Assembly: GCA_039586365.1 (NCBI GenBank) | Contig: JBDHKN010000033.1 | Coordinates: 1-64,000, forward strand | Direction of reading: 5' to 3' | DNA: 64,000 nt | From: Gemmatimonadota bacterium | Lineage (GTDB): Bacteria; Gemmatimonadota; Gemmatimonadetes; Gemmatimonadales; GWC2-71-9 | Shown here: one piece after another, positions 47,395 to 57,317 of the stretch | Numbering within the stretch: the first letter of the stretch is position 1 | Layout of the letters: each line of letters starts with the position of its first letter | Program-made: the position numbers and the translations under genes | Notes under the pieces: generated by a model | The model's input: only the letters and a program-made list of their open reading frames with translations | The model's database searches: none | What the model was told of the DNA's origin: nothing

Positions 47395-48744
47395 ATGGCG
47401 ACGATCGTGCAGCCGCTGCAAGAGAAGTTGCCTACTTACAACGAGGTGACGCGCGATGTCGCGGCGACGCTCGGTCGTCCCAAGAGGGGCTACTATGTCC
47501 TGCTCGGGATCGTGTTGGTTGTTCTGGTGTTCGGCTTCAGCGCGCTCCTCTATCAGATCAGGCTGGGTCTCGGTGTTGCCGGATATACCCCGCCGGTGTT
47601 GTGGGGTGTATACATCACGACGTTCGTGTTCTGGGTCGGGATTGCGCACTCCGGTACGCTCATCTCGGCGATCCTATATCTGTTCAGGTCGACCTGGCGT
47701 ACTTCGGTCTACCGTACCGCCGAGGCGATGACGGTCTTCGCCGTGATGACAGCGGGGTTGTTCCCGCTGATTCACGTCGGACGGATCTGGTATGCCTACT
47801 GGCTATTCCCCTATCCGAACCAGCGTCAGCTCTGGGTCAACTTCAAATCACCGCTGGTGTGGGACGTTTTCGCCGTGTCGACATATTTCACGGTGAGCAC
47901 GGCGTTCCTGATTGTGGGGTTGATTCCCGACCTCGCTGCGATACGCGACCTGTCCACCGGCTGGCGCAAGAAGCTGTATCGCATAACGGCTCTGAGTTGG
48001 CAGGGGACCGACCAGCAGTGGCGTCACTATACGCGAGCCTATCTCTACCTGGCGGCTCTGGCGACACCCCTCGTTCTCTCGGTGCACAGCGTGGTGTCTT
48101 GGGACTTCGCGATGTCGATAGTCCCAGGTTGGCATGCCACCATCTTCGCACCGTATTTCGTGGCCGGCGCGATCTACTCCGGTGTGGCGATGGTGGTGAC
48201 CCTGCTGGTACCGCTCCGCAAGATCTTCAAGGTCGAACGCTACATCACGGCGCGCCATTTCGACAACCTGGCCAAACTGCTGCTGCTGACGGGGCTGATT
48301 GTTGGCTACGCCTATGGCGTTGAGTACTTCATGGCTTGGTATAGTGGCAATCAGTTCGAGCGGGCTTCCTTCTGGAATCGGGCGTTTGGCGAATACTGGT
48401 GGGCGACCTGGACAATGATCCTGTGCAACGGGGTGTTGCCAGTGTTCCTGTTCTTCAAGAAGATCAGGCGCAGCATTCCAGCCCTGTTCGTGCTTTCGCT
48501 GTTTGTTAATCTCGGCATGTGGTTTGAGCGTTTCGTGATCATCGTTGTGTCGTTGTCGTTCGAGTACGAACCATACGCCATGGGTCACTACACGCCGTCT
48601 TGGGTCGAGTGGGCGATCCTCCTGGGCAGTTTTGCCTGGTTCTTCATGTGGTTCTTGCTGTTCGCCAAGAACTTCCCGACGGTTTCCATCACCGAGGTGA
48701 AGGAGATCACCCCAATGCCACGGAAGAGACCGGTGCAAGCATGA
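47395..48744 (+). CDS. actC: Alternative Complex III quinol-binding subunit (NrfD family)
   Basis: FVFWVGIAHSGTLISAIL, HVGR, SPLVWD, LSVHSVVSWDFA. Confidence 0.95.
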   Translation: MATIVQPLQEKLPTYNEVTRDVAATLGRPKRGYYVLLGIVLVVLVFGFSALLYQIRLGLGVAGYTPPVLWGVYITTFVFWVGIAHSGTLISAILYLFRSTWRTSVYRTAEAMTVFAVMTAGLFPLIHVGRIWYAYWLFPYPNQRQLWVNFKSPLVWDVFAVSTYFTVSTAFLIVGLIPDLAAIRDLSTGWRKKLYRITALSWQGTDQQWRHYTRAYLYLAALATPLVLSVHSVVSWDFAMSIVPGWHATIFAPYFVAGAIYSGVAMVVTLLVPLRKIFKVERYITARHFDNLAKLLLLTGLIVGYAYGVEYFMAWYSGNQFERASFWNRAFGEYWWATWTMILCNGVLPVFLFFKKIRRSIPALFVLSLFVNLGMWFERFVIIVVSLSFEYEPYAMGHYTPSWVEWAILLGSFAWFFMWFLLFAKNFPTVSITEVKEITPMPRKRPVQA

Positions 48745-49256
48745 AGAAGAAACGGCACCCGAGTGGCGTGATTGGAGCCTTCTACCAGGTCGACGCAGCC
48801 TGCGACGCGATCAAGGAGATCAAGCAACAGGGCTACGAGGACTACATCGTCTATACACCGGTGCCGAACGTCGAGGTGGCTGCGGCTGTGGGCCACAAGG
48901 TGAGCCCGGTCCGACGTTGGACACTGGTCGGCGGTCTCATCGGTGTCACCACCGGCTTCGCTATGACGCTCTGGATGTCGTATGACTATCCGCTCGTTGT
49001 GGGAGGCAAACCACTCGGGTCCGTCGTGCCTTACGTGGTGATCGCGTTCGAGCTGACTATTCTGTTCGGTGCTTTGGCCACCCTGTTGGCAGTGGCGTAC
49101 TACGCCTGGAAGACTTTTCAGCACGGTCCGCACGAGCCGCGCTTCACCAACGACACAATTGGCATCTTTGTGCCCTGTCCGGTCGAGGGCCGTCAGGCTG
49201 TGCAAGATCTGTTGTTGAGAAACGGGGCGGAGGAGGTGCGCGTTGAAGAAGTCTAG
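48741..49256 (+). CDS. actD: Alternative Complex III subunit D (DUF3341)
   Basis: YTPVP, two TM helices, DYPLVVGGKP, FELTILFG; ATG 48741 overlaps the actC stop. Confidence 0.9.
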   Translation: MKKKRHPSGVIGAFYQVDAACDAIKEIKQQGYEDYIVYTPVPNVEVAAAVGHKVSPVRRWTLVGGLIGVTTGFAMTLWMSYDYPLVVGGKPLGSVVPYVVIAFELTILFGALATLLAVAYYAWKTFQHGPHEPRFTNDTIGIFVPCPVEGRQAVQDLLLRNGAEEVRVEEV

Positions 49257-49788
49257 CCTGGTGGGCGCTGGGCTGGTGCTCGTCTTGACGGGCTGCTCGA
49301 GGGAGGCTTGGCAACGAGCGCCCGGACCCGACGATCTTGTGGCATTGGTTCCCTGGTTTGCGGTGATGCGTACAGGCCCGGCGATCCATCCGTTCAAGAT
49401 GATGCGGGAGCCGGCCGAGGGATCGGTTCCAATAGATGGTGTTGAACCTTCGTTGGCCGTGATACCGGCGAACTTCGACGCTATCGATCGGCTGCGGAAC
49501 CCCACTCAGCGGACCGCCGAGTCGTTGGAAACGGGCAGGAAGTACTATGACGTTTTCTGTTTGCCGTGCCACGGCGAAGCCGGTGCCGGAGACGGTCCAG
49601 TCAATGCCAAGCTGTTCATCGCTCCGAGCTTGCTGACGGACCGAGCCGATGGCCTGAGTGATGGCATGATCTACAGCATTATCCGTAACGGACGCGGTGC
49701 CATGCGTTCATATGGTGAAGGAGTGCGGGGTATCGATCGCTGGCATGTGGTCAACTACGTGCGTCAGCTGCAAGGAGCTGCGCAGTGA
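49243..49788 (+). CDS. actE: Alternative Complex III monoheme cytochrome c lipoprotein
   Basis: LTGC lipobox, CLPCH, GRGAM, DRWHVVNYVRQLQ. Confidence 0.9.
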   Translation: MKKSSLVGAGLVLVLTGCSREAWQRAPGPDDLVALVPWFAVMRTGPAIHPFKMMREPAEGSVPIDGVEPSLAVIPANFDAIDRLRNPTQRTAESLETGRKYYDVFCLPCHGEAGAGDGPVNAKLFIAPSLLTDRADGLSDGMIYSIIRNGRGAMRSYGEGVRGIDRWHVVNYVRQLQGAAQ

Positions 49789-51038
49789 GCGGTGAGAAGC
49801 TGCTGGACGTCTATAAACGGGGACTGAACGTACCGACGCAGGCGTTTGTACTTGGGGGTGCCGGATTGGCGGTGTTGGGGTTCGCCTGGTTCAGCGTGCT
49901 ATTGCTGGGTGACGATCCCGGACGGGCCTGGCGTACATTCCACATCAACTTCCTGTTCTTCACCGGCTCTTCGATGGGGGCCATCATCTTCGTGGCCGCG
50001 CAGAAGATAGCGAAGGGCCACTGGTCCGGGCCGATCGTGCGTTTCGCCGAGGCCACTGTCGCTTTCCTGCCGGTATCGTTGGTGTTGTTTTTCGTCCTCT
50101 TCCTGGGTCGGAACCATCTGTTCCCCTGGATCGAGCATCCCACTCCGGCCCGCGGCAACTGGCTCACGGTACCGTGGGTGTTTTGGCGTGACTTGGTTGC
50201 CCTCATTGCCTTGTTCACCGCTGCAATCGTATTCGTCTACAACGACATGAAGCCGGACGTCGCCCAACTCAAAGAGCACGTCACCGGTTGGAGGCGCAGA
50301 CTATTCGAGCGCATTGCCGGAGACTATGATGGAACGCCTGAAGCGCTGGCGCGGGTTGAGCACCGAATCCACTGGCTCGCTCCGGTGCTCTGTCTACTGT
50401 ACGCGTACATGTTCAGCTTGATAGGATTCGATCTGATCATGTCACTCGCTCCGTATTGGTTGAGTAACCTGTTCGGGACCTTCTTCTTCGTGGGCGCGTT
50501 CCTGACCGGGCTCACGATGCTTGCGATGATGATGGTCTATTGGCGCAAGCGGCTCCACCTGGAGGAAGTGATCGACGTTCACGACTTTCACGATTTGGGC
50601 AAGCTGATCTTCGGGTTTTCAGTCTTCTGGGCCTATCTGATGTTCAGCCAGTTCCTGGTGATCTGGTACGGCAATCTCCCGGAAGAGACGTCGTTCCCGT
50701 TCTACCGGTTCTGGGGTGAGTGGCGACCGATAGCGATTACCGTCGGGCTCATGGTGTTCCTGATTCCATTCTGGGGTCTTATCTGGGTGAAGTCGAAGAT
50801 CACGCCGTTCACGTTCACCCTGTTTGCGGCAATCAGCTTCGCCGGTGTATGGCTCGAGCGATACCTGCTGGTGCAACCATCCCTCACCGAGCAGGGACCG
50901 ACGTTGGGACTGCCAGAATTCGGCATTACGCTGGGGTTCGTGGGACTGTTCTTGTTTGCTTACGGAACGTTTGCCAAGACCTTCCCCATGTTGAGTCCGA
51001 GGTTGACCGACAAAGCGATGGTGATAACGCACCACTAG
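49785..51038 (+). CDS. actF: Alternative Complex III subunit F
   Basis: FDLIMSLAPYW, HDLGKLIFGF, FSQFLVIWYGNLPEE. Confidence 0.92.
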   Translation: MSGEKLLDVYKRGLNVPTQAFVLGGAGLAVLGFAWFSVLLLGDDPGRAWRTFHINFLFFTGSSMGAIIFVAAQKIAKGHWSGPIVRFAEATVAFLPVSLVLFFVLFLGRNHLFPWIEHPTPARGNWLTVPWVFWRDLVALIALFTAAIVFVYNDMKPDVAQLKEHVTGWRRRLFERIAGDYDGTPEALARVEHRIHWLAPVLCLLYAYMFSLIGFDLIMSLAPYWLSNLFGTFFFVGAFLTGLTMLAMMMVYWRKRLHLEEVIDVHDFHDLGKLIFGFSVFWAYLMFSQFLVIWYGNLPEETSFPFYRFWGEWRPIAITVGLMVFLIPFWGLIWVKSKITPFTFTLFAAISFAGVWLERYLLVQPSLTEQGPTLGLPEFGITLGFVGLFLFAYGTFAKTFPMLSPRLTDKAMVITHH

Positions 51039-51064
51039 GAGCGTGGTATCCCTCTACCAGCGCT

Positions 51065-51128
51065 GCCGCCACTGTCTCCCACCGTCCTTCACCGTCTTTC
51101 ACCATCCCCTACCGCCGCTACCAGCCTT
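51065..51128. repeat. Degenerate roughly 10-bp tandem repeat (CACCGTCCTT-like)
   Basis: cactgtctcc-caccgtcctt-caccgtcttt-caccatcccc-taccgccgc-taccagcc. Confidence 0.6.
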
Positions 51129-51203
51129 TCATAGATTTCTCCGTCCATCGAGGAGTACAAATGGTCGAGACCCTGCTTCATAACAGCTGATAACTGCTTC
51201 ACC

Positions 51204-52295
51204 ATGGATGATCGCGCTTCGATCTGGCTAGCTGCTCGCGAACTTGCGGAACAGGGTATCACAGCCGCCTTGGCAACCGTTTCTCGCCGTAGGGGCTCTC
51301 TACCGATGGCCAGTGACGCAAAGATGTTGATCGCGGCAGACGACCGGCAGTGGGGCACGATTGGGGGCGGCTGTGTTGAGGCGGACGTCATCGGTCAAGC
51401 GCTCGCTGTGGCAGAGCGAGGCCAGCCTGTAGTGGTCAGTCATACACTAAACGCGGATGTCGCTGGTGACATTGGACTCTCCTGCGGTGGGACTGCTGAT
51501 TTCTTTCTGGAGCCAGTCGTCAGCTCGGAAGAGATGGCGCGACTGTACGGGGTAGTAGCCGACGCTATCAGCAACCGGCGGCCAACTACGGTCACAACGG
51601 CCTTGGACTGGAGCGGCGGGCCCCGCAAAGTCGTCGTGATCGAGTCAGAGCGGCGGGATGGTGCTGTATTCCCTGCTGAACTCTCGCCGGAGCCTCGTGA
51701 GGAGCGCTGGGTTGAGGCTGTCGGCAGCCTGTCAGCGTTCCCAGAACCGGCTGACTCGGCAGCAAGCCAGGCACCAGTGTACTTCGACGAGGCGGCTGGG
51801 CTTCTCGTCGAGCAGTTGCCGCGGATGCCGCGTGTGGTCGTCTTTGGCGCCGGCCACGTCGGTGTCGAGATAGCGAAGATTGCGAGGGGCGTTGGCTTCT
51901 ATGTAGTGGTGATCGATGACCGGGCGGATTTCGCTAACCGGGAACACGTGCCCTGGGCGCATGAAGTCATTGCTGAGGATTTCCGCACTGTGCTCGATCG
52001 ACTCAGGTTCGATGCAGACGATTGCGTGCTTGCCACGACACGAGGCCACAGTTTCGATGCCTACATAGTCGAGCGCACTGCAGGGTCTCCTGCTCGCTAT
52101 ATCGGGATGCTGGGCAGTCGGCGCAAGCAAGCGGTGATCCTGCGAGCACTCGAGAAAGCCGGGGTTCCCCCCGAGGACTTGAGGCGTGTGAAGACCCCGA
52201 TCGGGCTCGACATCGGTGCGGATACTCCTGCTGAAATCGCAGTCTCGGTGGTGGCAGAGTTGATCAGGGTTAGACGGTTGGGAGAAGTCAGGTAG
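51204..52295 (+). CDS. xdhC: XdhC/CoxI-family molybdenum cofactor insertion chaperone
   Basis: GTIGGGCVE, GLSCGG, FGAGHVG, YIGMLGSRRK, PIGLDIGADTPAEIA. Confidence 0.92.
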   Translation: MDDRASIWLAARELAEQGITAALATVSRRRGSLPMASDAKMLIAADDRQWGTIGGGCVEADVIGQALAVAERGQPVVVSHTLNADVAGDIGLSCGGTADFFLEPVVSSEEMARLYGVVADAISNRRPTTVTTALDWSGGPRKVVVIESERRDGAVFPAELSPEPREERWVEAVGSLSAFPEPADSAASQAPVYFDEAAGLLVEQLPRMPRVVVFGAGHVGVEIAKIARGVGFYVVVIDDRADFANREHVPWAHEVIAEDFRTVLDRLRFDADDCVLATTRGHSFDAYIVERTAGSPARYIGMLGSRRKQAVILRALEKAGVPPEDLRRVKTPIGLDIGADTPAEIAVSVVAELIRVRRLGEVR

Positions 52296-52515
52296 GGAGG
52301 GACTGCACGGTTCCCCGGCTACCCCCCGCTGCAGTAGTTCTCCAGCTCCCAGCGGGCAACATGAAGAAAGAAGCTGTTACCCAATCCGTTCCATTCGGGA
52401 ACGTCCATGCGGCGCCGGCCCCTTGGTGCATGAGCTCCGGAGGACCTCTCGCCTGCCACCAGTGGTATTAACTGTGTTCACCTGAAAAGGAGAAACCTTC
52501 ATCGAGGCTTGAGCA

Positions 52516-53358
52516 ATGTCTGCGTCAAACGAAGTCGGTTCCATTGGTCCCCGCCACGGGTGTGTCAAGGGATCCCGTGCGAAATCCCGTGCGCCCCGCG
52601 TGGCAATCCTTCTCATCGCAGCTCTGTCGTTCTCCTGTGGTCATCCCGAACGTGTCGGCCCCGAGGTAGGTTCTCCGCCTCAGTTAGTGTGGAGTCCGCC
52701 ACTCGCGTATCCTCCCGAGATGTTCGAGGCAGGAATCGAAGGGTCCGTAGTGCTTCAGGCACTGGTCGACAGCACAGGTCGGGTGGAACCCTCCTCAATC
52801 GAGGTTGTGAGGTCTACCCGCCACGCGTTTGAAAGGCCGGCGACGGAAATGTTGCGCAACAGCCGGTTCCAGCCCGGTAGCAGCGGGGGTCGCCCGCTGC
52901 GGACTCAAGTGCGGGTACCGATCGTCTTTGACATCCAGCGCGAAGGCTCGATTGCGGAATCTGACAGCTCCGCGGCCGCCGAGTTGGCATCCCAAGGCGA
53001 GCGACTGGTACGCGATGGCAACATCGACGAAGCGCTATCCGCCTATGCGGAAGCGCAGGGACTCGATTCGAGGCTGAACGGCTCAGTCGGGTTCTGGTAC
53101 GGGCTCTGTTGGCACGGGAGTCTGTGGGGGTACGCCGCTGACGTGATCTTCGCCTGTGATCAAGCGGTGGCGCTCGCGCCCAAGGAGGCCCGCACGCGCT
53201 ATGCTCGGGGTGTAGCGCGGGCGCTGACGGCGGACTACGCAGGAGCAATTGAGGATCTGGAGGCTTCAGCAGCCGGACCGGCGGCTGCGGAGGATCGCGC
53301 GCAGTGGCTAGCCTGGGTCGTGACGTTGCGTTCAGGAAGCAACCCGTTCACCCCTTAG
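52516..53358 (+). CDS. TonB C-terminal domain plus TPR-repeat protein (probable lipoprotein; true start probably further downstream)
   Basis: YPPEMFEAGIEGSV...VDSTGRV...RFQPG...VPIVF; TPR-like C-terminus; LSFSC lipobox-like. Confidence 0.75.
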   Translation: MSASNEVGSIGPRHGCVKGSRAKSRAPRVAILLIAALSFSCGHPERVGPEVGSPPQLVWSPPLAYPPEMFEAGIEGSVVLQALVDSTGRVEPSSIEVVRSTRHAFERPATEMLRNSRFQPGSSGGRPLRTQVRVPIVFDIQREGSIAESDSSAAAELASQGERLVRDGNIDEALSAYAEAQGLDSRLNGSVGFWYGLCWHGSLWGYAADVIFACDQAVALAPKEARTRYARGVARALTADYAGAIEDLEASAAGPAAAEDRAQWLAWVVTLRSGSNPFTP

Positions 53359-53674
53359 CTGCTGGCACAGCTGCGCGGTCAGCGCTAAGTCGGCTGACGG
53401 TCACTATGTAGTCGGGCCGCGGTTCAGGTTCCTCGGCGGAGGAATCGGTCGTGCCTGATCTGCGCGGCTGGGAGCCGCGGCCCGGACAGTTTCGTGCGAC
53501 CCTTGTCGTATTTGGACCTGTGCGGCTGGAGACCGCGTAGACTTCGGCTCTCATCCCAGTCCCGAACCATCCCCTAGCCCATACAGTTTCCGATCTCTAC
53601 CTTAGACGCCGGCTAATCGCGGAGCCAGAGACGTGCATGCAGCGCTGAACCGCATCGGATACTGCCGCTAGAGC

Positions 53675-55360
53675 ATGGGCCCACAGGATCGTCCCGACGA
53701 CGCGTCGCTCAGCGATCGGCCTCGTCACGACCAACACCCCCGAGTCTTTGAGCCCACCACGATCGTTCTCATGGCAGTTGTAGGAGTCGTGGGTGCCATC
53801 ATCGGTTTGCAGATCCTCACGACGCTTGGGTTTACCCCCAACACATCCATCATCGGCGTTCTTCTGGCCATCGTTGTTTCGCGTATTCCGCTACGGATGT
53901 TCAAGCAGTTTCGTTCGATCCACCGGCAGAACCTCGTCCAAACGAATATCTCCAGCGCCACCTTCGGCGCCGCCAACTCGCTGTTGGTCCCCCTCGGAGT
54001 CCCCGTCTTGGTAGGGCGGCCCGATCTCGTGGTACCGATGCTCATCGGGGCCACGATGGGCATGCTGATCGATCTGGCGATGCTGTACTGGTTCTTCGAC
54101 TCGCGGTTGTTCCCGGGACCGGCTCCGTGGCCATTGGGGATCGCCGCCGCCGAGGCAATTCTGGCTGGGGATGAAGCGGGTAGGAGAGGTACTCTGCTGG
54201 GTGCTGGTGCAGCAGCGGGAGTGCTCGGATCGTCGGGTCTGTTTGGATTGCTGAATCCGATCCTCGGCGCGGGCGGTATTCCCATGGCAGCGCTCGGAAT
54301 TGCTTTCCTGGGCAATGTCTGGGCCCTGGCGATGTTTGGCGTCGGACTGCTTGCCCGGGCCTACTCGCCAGGGCTGCTGGGGGTGAATCTCGACCAGAGG
54401 TTTGTGCCGCACGGCATAATGATTGGTGCGGGTCTGGTGGCCTTGGTGCAGGCAGTGCTCTTCGTGGTGCGCCGACGTCGCCAACCGGACGACGAGGGAG
54501 CGGACTCCGAGGTTGGCGCAGCTGCTGAAGACCACGCTACGCAGCCAACGCGGACGGACCGCGACGCCCGCAGGGGGCTATTCCGCGGACTCGGTCTCTA
54601 TCTGATTGCGGCTCTCCTATTGACTGCGCTCGCAGGTTTGTGGACGGAAATGTCGGTTGCTCAACTCGCTGAATGGGTGATTTTCGCCGCAGTTGCCTGT
54701 ATCGCTGCGGAATTCATCGTCGGGTTTTCCGCGATGCACGCCGGCTGGTTTCCTGCCTTCGCAACGGCGCTGATCTTTCTCGTCGTGGGTTTGGCTTTGG
54801 GGTTTCCGGCTCCAGCCGCCGCGTTGTTGGTGGGATTTGTTGCCTCGGGAGGGCCGGCTTTCGCAGACGCCGGGTACGATTTCAAGGCAGGGTGGTTGTT
54901 GCGCGGCATGGGCCGCGACCCGGATTTCGAGCGTGAGGGCAGGAAACAGCAGACTGTCGCGGCGGGCGTGGGGCTAGTCACCGCACTCGTGGTGGTGGCT
55001 GCGTTTCACCACCTCTACTTCGACAACGGGATGTTCCCGCCGGTAGCGCGTGCCTACGCTGCTACGATCGAATCCGGGGTCGATCCTACCCGGGCCTTGA
55101 GCCTTGTCTTGTGGGCCATTCCCGGTGCCGTCATCCAGCTAGTTGGTGGCCCGCGACGGCAACTGGGCGTGTTGTTTGGAACCGGTCTGTTGATTCTGAA
55201 CCCTGCGGCGGGATGGGTCGTGCTGGCAGGCGTTGGTGTCCGAGTCCTGCTTGCGAGGTGGTGGGGGAATGAAGCAGGCTCGCCGCGCGCGGTCGTTGCG
55301 GCAGGGTTCATCGCAGGAGATGCGCTTTGGGCGTTCGGGAGTTCGTTAGTGAGGTTGTAG
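53675..55360 (+). CDS. OPT/YSL-family oligopeptide transporter
   Basis: PNTSIIG, QNLVQTNISSATFGAAN, AMHAGWFPAFA; highly hydrophobic. Confidence 0.82.
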   Translation: MGPQDRPDDASLSDRPRHDQHPRVFEPTTIVLMAVVGVVGAIIGLQILTTLGFTPNTSIIGVLLAIVVSRIPLRMFKQFRSIHRQNLVQTNISSATFGAANSLLVPLGVPVLVGRPDLVVPMLIGATMGMLIDLAMLYWFFDSRLFPGPAPWPLGIAAAEAILAGDEAGRRGTLLGAGAAAGVLGSSGLFGLLNPILGAGGIPMAALGIAFLGNVWALAMFGVGLLARAYSPGLLGVNLDQRFVPHGIMIGAGLVALVQAVLFVVRRRRQPDDEGADSEVGAAAEDHATQPTRTDRDARRGLFRGLGLYLIAALLLTALAGLWTEMSVAQLAEWVIFAAVACIAAEFIVGFSAMHAGWFPAFATALIFLVVGLALGFPAPAAALLVGFVASGGPAFADAGYDFKAGWLLRGMGRDPDFEREGRKQQTVAAGVGLVTALVVVAAFHHLYFDNGMFPPVARAYAATIESGVDPTRALSLVLWAIPGAVIQLVGGPRRQLGVLFGTGLLILNPAAGWVVLAGVGVRVLLARWWGNEAGSPRAVVAAGFIAGDALWAFGSSLVRL

Positions 55361-55586
55361 GTGGCAGGTATGCTCTGACCGCAATTCGCTTCCGCTGTCA
55401 ATCAGTAGCTCTCAGTTTCCCTATCGATCCAGTCAGCATCTTCCAGACGTACCCCAGGGTTTCTTGCGGCATCGCGTGTTGTTTTTGGCCGCTGTACTAC
55501 GGCCCGATCTCTATCCGACCAGGTTTCGCAGTGGTATTCTTCCTTGGCAGGCAGGTACCATTCAGCTGGTGGACAGCGGATAGCGG

Positions 55587-56534
55587 ATGGCGCTGAGACA
55601 GGTCCTCGATATCATCGAATTGCTCGACCGGCCCACGATTAATGGTGCGGACGTGGCGGAGCTTTTTGCCGCTCGGGGGCTCGCCGACATCGAACTGACG
55701 CCGGTTGAATCGGATCTTGGCTCGACGACGTTCGTGAAGTTCGTTGTTCCTGGTAGACAGGGGCAGAGTGGGGGCGGGACGGCTCCTACCTTGGGTCTGA
55801 TTGGGTTCTTGGGTGGGGTGGGTGCCCGCCCCGCGGTGGTTGGACTCGTCTCCGATGGAGATGGTGCCGTTACATCCCTGGCGGCTGGCCTCAAGTTGGT
55901 GGACATGTACCGTGTTGGTGACCAACTGGCTGGCGATGTGATCGTTGCCACACATGTGAGTCCGAACGCTCCGGTTATCCCGCACGAACCGGTGCCTTTC
56001 ATGGGGTCTCCCGTTTCGGTCGGTGAGATGTGCGAGCAGCTCGTCGACGATCGCATGGCTGCCATCCTGGCGGTCGACACGACAAAGGGAAACCGGATCA
56101 TCAACCACCGCGGCTTCGCGATATCGCCCACGATCAAGCAAGGATACGTGCTACGGGTGAGCGACGATCTACTGACGATACAACAGTACGTGACAGGCAG
56201 GTTGCCGGCGGTGTTCGCCGTGACCACGCAGGACATCACTCCCTACGGCAATGGACTGTTTCATTTGAACAGCATCCTGCAGCCCGCGACTGCAACCACT
56301 GCGCCTGTAGTGGGAGTGGCGATAACCACCGAGACCGCGGTTCCCGGTTCAGCGTCCGGTGCTAGCCATGCGGTGGACATTGAACTGGCAGCGCGGTTCG
56401 TGATTGAAGTAGCCAAGGCTTACACCGCTGGACGGGCTCAGTTCTACGACGCTGGGGAATTCACACGACTTGTCAGTCTGTATGGCTCGATGGGACATCT
56501 GCAGACCCTGGGGAAGGGCGGAAGCGATGAATGA
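55587..56534 (+). CDS. DUF1177 family protein
   Basis: LGGVGARP, VSDGDGA, PHEPVPFM, DTTKGNR, QDITPYGNG, HLNSILQP. Confidence 0.85.
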   Translation: MALRQVLDIIELLDRPTINGADVAELFAARGLADIELTPVESDLGSTTFVKFVVPGRQGQSGGGTAPTLGLIGFLGGVGARPAVVGLVSDGDGAVTSLAAGLKLVDMYRVGDQLAGDVIVATHVSPNAPVIPHEPVPFMGSPVSVGEMCEQLVDDRMAAILAVDTTKGNRIINHRGFAISPTIKQGYVLRVSDDLLTIQQYVTGRLPAVFAVTTQDITPYGNGLFHLNSILQPATATTAPVVGVAITTETAVPGSASGASHAVDIELAARFVIEVAKAYTAGRAQFYDAGEFTRLVSLYGSMGHLQTLGKGGSDE

Positions 56535-57195
56535 CGCGACTATTGGGGCCATAACCATAGGACAGTCACCGCGCGACGATGTGTTGCCCGAGGTACTGGG
56601 CGTGCTGGGACGAGGAGTGCAAGTGATCCAACGCGGTGCGATAGATGATCTAACCCTAGAGGAGATCGAATCCGAGGCTCCGGCACCGGGAGACAGTGTA
56701 TTGGTGAGTCGGATGCGTGATGGCACCGAGGTGATGTTGCGGAGAGAGTTCGTCATCCCGCGCCTCAAACAGTGCATTCACGCCATAGAGGATCAGGTCG
56801 ACCTCATCCTGATGTTGTGCACTGACCCGTTCTGTGGGCTCGAATCAAAGAAGCCACTGCTTTCTCCGGGCCGTATCATCGTGAAGCTGGTCGCTGCGCT
56901 GGGATTCCGACGCATCGGGGTGGTGACCCCTGTTGCTGCACAGTTCAGGGAACAGCGTAACAAGTGGAGTGCGGTAGCCCGCGACGTGTTCCTGCAGGCT
57001 GCCTCGCCCTACGGTGATGCTGAACAGATCATTCAGGCTGCGAGCGCGCTTGCCGAGAAGGATGTCGAGTTAGTTGTGATGGACTGCATCGGCTATACGC
57101 GCGCGATGAAGGCTGAGGTACGACGAGTCACGGGCCGCCCGACCGTGCTTCCGACCACGACGATAGCGCGGGTGGCGGCGGAGTTGTTGGGGTGA
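56527..57195 (+). CDS. AroM family protein
   Basis: TIGQSPRDD, LVSRMRDG, LCT, AASPY, MDCIGY; ATG 56527 overlaps the upstream gene end. Confidence 0.85.
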   Translation: MNDATIGAITIGQSPRDDVLPEVLGVLGRGVQVIQRGAIDDLTLEEIESEAPAPGDSVLVSRMRDGTEVMLRREFVIPRLKQCIHAIEDQVDLILMLCTDPFCGLESKKPLLSPGRIIVKLVAALGFRRIGVVTPVAAQFREQRNKWSAVARDVFLQAASPYGDAEQIIQAASALAEKDVELVVMDCIGYTRAMKAEVRRVTGRPTVLPTTTIARVAAELLG

Positions 57196-57317
57196 ACAGT
57201 TCAGAAGATCGTACCAGGTGGTGCCGCAACTGAGTCGTGTGGTCAGAGGTTACGGCAGCGACATGTCCGCTGACGGCTCATCAACACAGCAGCCGCAAGA
57301 CTCCAGTTGTGCATACG

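Noticed and set aside
52296..52510. Riboswitch (Moco or glycine) after xdhC
   Set aside because: Only an imperfect hairpin (GGAGGGACTGCA...TGCAGTAGTTCTCC); conserved aptamer motifs were not found.
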